A stretch of 64,000 nt of DNA from a virus (Duplodnaviria; Caudoviricetes): positions 69,307 through 133,306 of IMG/VR virus record IMGVR_UViG_3300021400_000126; one strand, 5' to 3'. Each line of letters opens with the position of its first letter. The stretch's first letter is position 1. Positions 59,777 to 64,000 of this stretch are shown in pieces. The translations under genes and the position numbers were made by a program. Under the pieces are notes generated by a model. It searched no databases and had not been told where the DNA came from. It saw only the letters and a program-made list of their open reading frames with translations.

Positions 59777-61317
59777 GTTCAAAATATTATGATACTTCCG
59801 CGTGTATGCAGGTTATTGGAGATATTTTTATAAATTCTTCTTTATTAGATTTAGAAGAGAAATATACTTTTAATGAAGAAGACTTTACTCAAGAATTTCA
59901 TAAAATTTTATTTGGTTCTATTTATAATTTACATCAATTAGGAGTTAAACAAATTTCTATTGAAAATATTGAAAAATATTTAGAACAACGTCCAAAAAAA
60001 TATAGTATATATAAAGTAAATAAGGGGTCAGAATATTTATCAAATCTTAAAGAAATGTGTCAATTAGCAGCATTTGATTATTATTATAATCGAATGAAAA
60101 AAATGACTCTTTTAAGAATGTATAATAAAAAACTTGGAATGAATTTATCTTGGCTATATGACCCAGATAATATTTTAGATATAAAGAAAAAAGAGGCACA
60201 AGAAACCTGGTTTGATAATACCCCCATTGAAGAAATAGCAAATATTATTAATGATAAAATTGATGAAATAAAAGCAAAATATATTGATAACTCAGAAGAT
60301 GGAGTGATTCAAGCCGGCGATGGCGCTGTAGCTCTCCTTGAGAGATTACGAAATTCTCCTGAAATTGGATACCCTTTATATGGAAAATTAGTTAATGCAA
60401 TCCATCGAGGTGCTCGTTTAAAAAAATTTTATTTACGATCCGCCGCAACAGGAGTAGGAAAAACTCGTTCAATGATTGGAGATGCTTGTTTCATTGCTTG
60501 TAATAAAATTTATAATCTTGAAACAAAGCAATGGGAAGATAATGGAACTCGCGAACCAACGCAATTCATCACAACAGAACAAGAAGAAGATGAAATTCAA
60601 ACAATGATGATTGCTTTTTTATCTGGAGTTGATGAAACACATATTCTTGAAAATACATACATTGGAGATGAATGGGAACGAGTAAATAAGGCGGCAGATA
60701 TTTTATCTAAAAGCCCATTATATATTAAAAAATTACCAGACTTTTCATTACAAGACATTGAAAATACAATTAAATTTGGTATTAGACAATATGAAACTCG
60801 TTATGTTTTTATGGATTATATTCATTCCAGTATGAAAATTTTAAGTGAAATTAGTTCAAAAGCTGGAGTTAAAGGACTAAGAGAAGATAATATTCTTTTT
60901 ATGATTAGTGTTAGGCTTAAAGATTTGTGTAATCAATATGGGGTTTTTATAATGTCAGCAACACAGCTTAATGCAGATTATGTATCCGCACAGCAATATG
61001 ATCAAAATTTACTTCGTGGAGCAAAAGCTATTGCAGATAAAATTGATTGTGGTATGATTATGCTTCAAATCAGTCAAGATGATAGAGAGGCATTAAAAAA
61101 TATTGTTAATTCTATGGGCATTGAGATGCCTGATATAAAAATTTCTGTTTATAAAAATAGGCGCGGTCGTTATAAAGATATCTTGCTTTGGTGTAAGTCA
61201 GATAGGGGAATATGTCGTATTGATCCAATATTTGTAACTAATTATAATTATGAATTAATGGATATAGAAGATCTAAAGATTAAAGTCACACCTAAAATTG
61301 AAGCAAGTGCATTTTAA
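59773..61317 (+). CDS. DnaB-like replicative helicase
   Basis: AATGVGKT, MDYIH, SATQLN, KNRRG. Confidence 0.85.
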   Translation: MSSKYYDTSACMQVIGDIFINSSLLDLEEKYTFNEEDFTQEFHKILFGSIYNLHQLGVKQISIENIEKYLEQRPKKYSIYKVNKGSEYLSNLKEMCQLAAFDYYYNRMKKMTLLRMYNKKLGMNLSWLYDPDNILDIKKKEAQETWFDNTPIEEIANIINDKIDEIKAKYIDNSEDGVIQAGDGAVALLERLRNSPEIGYPLYGKLVNAIHRGARLKKFYLRSAATGVGKTRSMIGDACFIACNKIYNLETKQWEDNGTREPTQFITTEQEEDEIQTMMIAFLSGVDETHILENTYIGDEWERVNKAADILSKSPLYIKKLPDFSLQDIENTIKFGIRQYETRYVFMDYIHSSMKILSEISSKAGVKGLREDNILFMISVRLKDLCNQYGVFIMSATQLNADYVSAQQYDQNLLRGAKAIADKIDCGMIMLQISQDDREALKNIVNSMGIEMPDIKISVYKNRRGRYKDILLWCKSDRGICRIDPIFVTNYNYELMDIEDLKIKVTPKIEASAF

Positions 61318-61329
61318 AAAAGAAATTAA

Positions 61330-61611
61330 ATGAATCTAAAAAAATTTTCAAATAATAAAAATATAAAAGCGATTTCATTTTATAATCAAATATCATTAGA
61401 AAAAATATTAATATTTTCTTTAGCATTAAAAGAAAGTATCAATGATATAAAAATAGAAGTAATTCCAATGAGAGGCTCTTCAAAGTATTTCATTGCAACA
61501 TGGATTGAAGAAGAAGAAAATATTAATAAATTTATAAAAACCATTTATGAAAAATTCATTTGTATTTATAAAAGCTTAATTAAAATAAATATAGAAAAAT
61601 TTAAAAATTAA
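61330..61611 (+). CDS. hypothetical protein between duplicated helicase 3' ends
   Basis: 93-aa ORF. Confidence 0.45.
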   Translation: MNLKKFSNNKNIKAISFYNQISLEKILIFSLALKESINDIKIEVIPMRGSSKYFIATWIEEEENINKFIKTIYEKFICIYKSLIKINIEKFKN

Positions 61612-61656
61612 AGTAACATCTAAAATAGAAACAAGTGCTTTTTAAAGAGAACATAT

Positions 61657-61839
61657 ATGCAATATAGTAAATGTAAAAATTGTATTCATAATGGAGTTTG
61701 TAGGATTTTAATGGCAGAAGCTATATACTCGTTAAATCAATTCGTATAGCTTTTTAATAAAGCACAAACCAGAAAAACTGATAGTAAATGTATTTTACAA
61801 TTAGATTATATTTGTAATAATTTTTGTAAAAAAGAATAA
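61657..61839 (+). CDS. small Cys-rich protein (60 aa, 1 TAG)
   Basis: CKNCIHNGVC...ICNNF. Confidence 0.55.
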
Positions 61840-61851
61840 AAAGGAGAAAAA

Positions 61852-62268
61852 ATGATTATTTGTGGTTTTCCAGGTGTTGGTAAATCTACTTTGGCGAAAT
61901 CTTCTAATTGGGTAGATTTAGAAAGCACTCCGTTTGAAAAAGATTGGATTCGTTATGCAAAAGTAGTAAAACATATGAACGATAATGGATATAATATTAT
62001 GGTATCTACTCATCCTTAGTTATTAGAACAATTTGAACAAATGGAAGTAAAATATACTGTTGTAATTCCTCCTTTTGCTGATGTTTTCATCTATAAGGAT
62101 AGATATATCAAAAGAGGGAATGATATTGATTTTACCTCTTTAATTGAAATAAATTGGGATAAATGGATTGGAGATATTATAACAAAATCTTCAGTTAATA
62201 AAACTGTTGTAATATTACCAAAAGATGGTTGTTTACAAGCCTATATTGAAAAATATAAAAATATATAA
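61852..62268 (+). CDS. small P-loop kinase-like protein (138 aa, 1 TAG)
   Basis: MIICGFPGVGKST, DLES; TAG 62017 joins to the track fragment at 62041. Confidence 0.75.
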
Positions 62269-62374
62269 TAAAATATTAGTATAAGAAAAATGATAATTAA
62301 AATTTTAGTAATTTATTTTGTTTTATATCTTATAATGGCAACTTTTTATGATAATTGGAAATGGTGGTAAAAAG

Positions 62375-63478
62375 ATGTCTTTTAAATATAATAAAGATAC
62401 TCTTAAAGAAAATTTAACAATAGAAGAAGTATTTGATCTTGTAAGTGAATTGGGCGGAGAACCTGTAATGGGAAATGGATTATTCACCGCCCGCACAATT
62501 TGTCATGGTGGTGATAGTCATAAATTATATTACTATAAAAACACTCGATTATTTCATTGTTATACAGGATGCGGCGATGCTTCATTTGATATATATGACT
62601 TAATATTAAGAGTTAATAAGACTACTGGTATTCAAGACTTTTCTTTACCTCGTGCTGTCGCGTTTGTAGCTCGATATTTTGGATATACAGCAGAAACATT
62701 TAATTTTGAAGATAATCAAGAAGCAAATGAAGATTGGCAAATTATTAATAACTTTAAAAGAAATAAAGAAAAAAATCAGCCGCAAATTGTAGAATTAAAA
62801 ACTTATGATAATAAAGTATTAAAATATTTGCCTCATCCGCACATTATTCCTTGGGAAGCGGAAGAAATTACATTTGATATTATGGAATCAAGGGGGATTT
62901 GTTATGATCCTATGAATGAAGGAATTGTCATTCCTCATTATGATATAGATGGAAATTTAATTGGAATTAGAGAAAGAACTTTAATTAAAGAAAATGAAAT
63001 ATATGGTAAATATCGTCCAGCTTATATAAATGGTAAAATGTACAATCATCCTTTGTCTTTTAATATTTATAATTTAAATAATTCAAAAGAGAATATAAAA
63101 AAACTTCAAAAAGTAATTATTTTTGAATCAGAAAAAAGTTGCTTAAAATATGCAAGTTATTTTGGTGCTGAAAACGATATTACAGGTGCGGTTTGTGGTA
63201 GTAATTTATTAAATTATCAATTTTTATTACTTTATAATTTAGGAGTAAAAGAAATTATAATCGCTTTTGATCGACAATATCAAAAAATAGGAGATGAAGA
63301 ATATCAAATATGGATTAATAAATTAAAAAAAATTTCTCAAAAATATAGAAATTTTTGTAATATTAGCTTTATATTTGATACTAAAGACTTATTGAATTAC
63401 AAAGATGCTCCGATTGACAAAGGGAAAGAAATATTTTTACAATTATTACAAGAAAGGTTAGATGCTGATGGAAAATAA
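62375..63478 (+). CDS. DNA primase
   Basis: ICH..HC..C zinc motif, IVIPHYD, FESEKS, IAFDR TOPRIM. Confidence 0.85.
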   Translation: MSFKYNKDTLKENLTIEEVFDLVSELGGEPVMGNGLFTARTICHGGDSHKLYYYKNTRLFHCYTGCGDASFDIYDLILRVNKTTGIQDFSLPRAVAFVARYFGYTAETFNFEDNQEANEDWQIINNFKRNKEKNQPQIVELKTYDNKVLKYLPHPHIIPWEAEEITFDIMESRGICYDPMNEGIVIPHYDIDGNLIGIRERTLIKENEIYGKYRPAYINGKMYNHPLSFNIYNLNNSKENIKKLQKVIIFESEKSCLKYASYFGAENDITGAVCGSNLLNYQFLLLYNLGVKEIIIAFDRQYQKIGDEEYQIWINKLKKISQKYRNFCNISFIFDTKDLLNYKDAPIDKGKEIFLQLLQERLDADGK

Positions 63479-63566
63479 GTGGCAGGTTTATATTCATATT
63501 AATAAAATTAATAATAAAAAATATATTGGTATTACATCAGAAAAAGATCCAAATAAAAGAGGTTAA
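63468..63566 (+). pseudogene. truncated GIY-YIG endonuclease
   Basis: MENKWQVYIHINKINNKKYIGITSEKDPNKRG-TAA. Confidence 0.65.
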
Positions 63567-63572
63567 ATAATA

Positions 63573-64000
63573 ATGAACGCAAATCAGTGGAGATATAAAG
63601 AAGATAATAAAATAAAAGCACAAAAACAAATTAAATATATGGATGAGAATTTTGCTAATGAAACTGCGGCGGCCATCGCTAATACAAATATTTATACTGG
63701 TCCATTAAATAAAAACGACTGGACTGAAAATGGTTTTAATCCAGCCCCATATTCACAATTACTTGACATAGATACTGTTGATGCTATTTTTCATGTTCGA
63801 GAAGTCTTAGGAGAAGACAATAAAGAAGTAAAAGTTGCTGCTCTCAACTTTGCATCATATAGAAATCCTGGTGGGAAATTTATTGATGGCAGTAATGCTC
63901 AAGAAGAATGTTTATGTCATGAATCTAATCTTTACAATATTTTAAGAAACTTCACATCATATTATAAAGAAAATAATTCTAAACCAAATAAAAATCTTTA
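63573..64000 (+). CDS. bacterial-type PARG macrodomain protein (TIGR02452/DUF2263-like), runs off the window
   Basis: LNFASYRNPGGKF.DGSNAQEECLCHESNLY. Confidence 0.85.
   Translation, partial: MNANQWRYKEDNKIKAQKQIKYMDENFANETAAAIANTNIYTGPLNKNDWTENGFNPAPYSQLLDIDTVDAIFHVREVLGEDNKEVKVAALNFASYRNPGGKFIDGSNAQEECLCHESNLYNILRNFTSYYKENNSKPNKNL

Noticed and set aside
570-60241. Short opposite-strand or off-frame ORFs in the track (e.g. 570..785, 17048..17350, 28095..28376, 34921..35286, 48102..48452, 53749..53979)
   Set aside because: Shadows of longer motif-bearing genes, with no RBS or recognisable motifs
1-64000. Suppressor tRNA, other tRNA/rRNA, CRISPR array, IS element
   Set aside because: No cloverleaf, regularly spaced repeat or transposase recognised by eye; tRNAscan-SE on the whole genome is still needed

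Overview
64 kb of a large, very AT-rich tailed dsDNA phage (probably infecting gut/rumen Bacillota such as Clostridia; inferred from gene content, AGGAGG RBSs and sigmaA-type promoters). About 1.9-39.9 kb is a late/structural region of two convergent operons (baseplate/tail proteins, a ~3010-aa tape measure protein, tail fibres, BspA-like LRR, GH114-like glycosidase, RuvC-like resolvase and a low-complexity Gly/Cys/Asn-rich gene cassette). About 40-64 kb is a DNA/RNA metabolism region (phosphoesterases, RNA ligase, PNK-like kinase, RNase H, GyrB/GyrA, NAD ligase, ThyX, Sak4-like ATPase, helicase, primase, PARG-like macrodomain) with an embedded holin-lysin pair. The key feature is stop-codon reassignment. 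The fragmented ORFs in the supplied track are same-frame pieces joined at TAG, the genes I traced end in TAA/TGA, and TAG is abundant in late/lysis genes but absent from core replication enzymes. Unlike the known phage code 15 (TAG=Gln), most informative TAG positions fall where Glu is expected, including two alignments internal to this window, so this may be a TAG=Glu phage code. Other highlights: a conserved upstream motif in front of the recoded operons, a receptor-binding cassette array with 11-bp crossover-like repeats, and a spore-coat-like cassette present in one intact and one decayed copy. Coordinates of TAG-containing genes were extended by hand (* = TAG); for the longest genes I checked frame continuity between track fragments, not every codon. 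No tRNA, rRNA or CRISPR array was seen.
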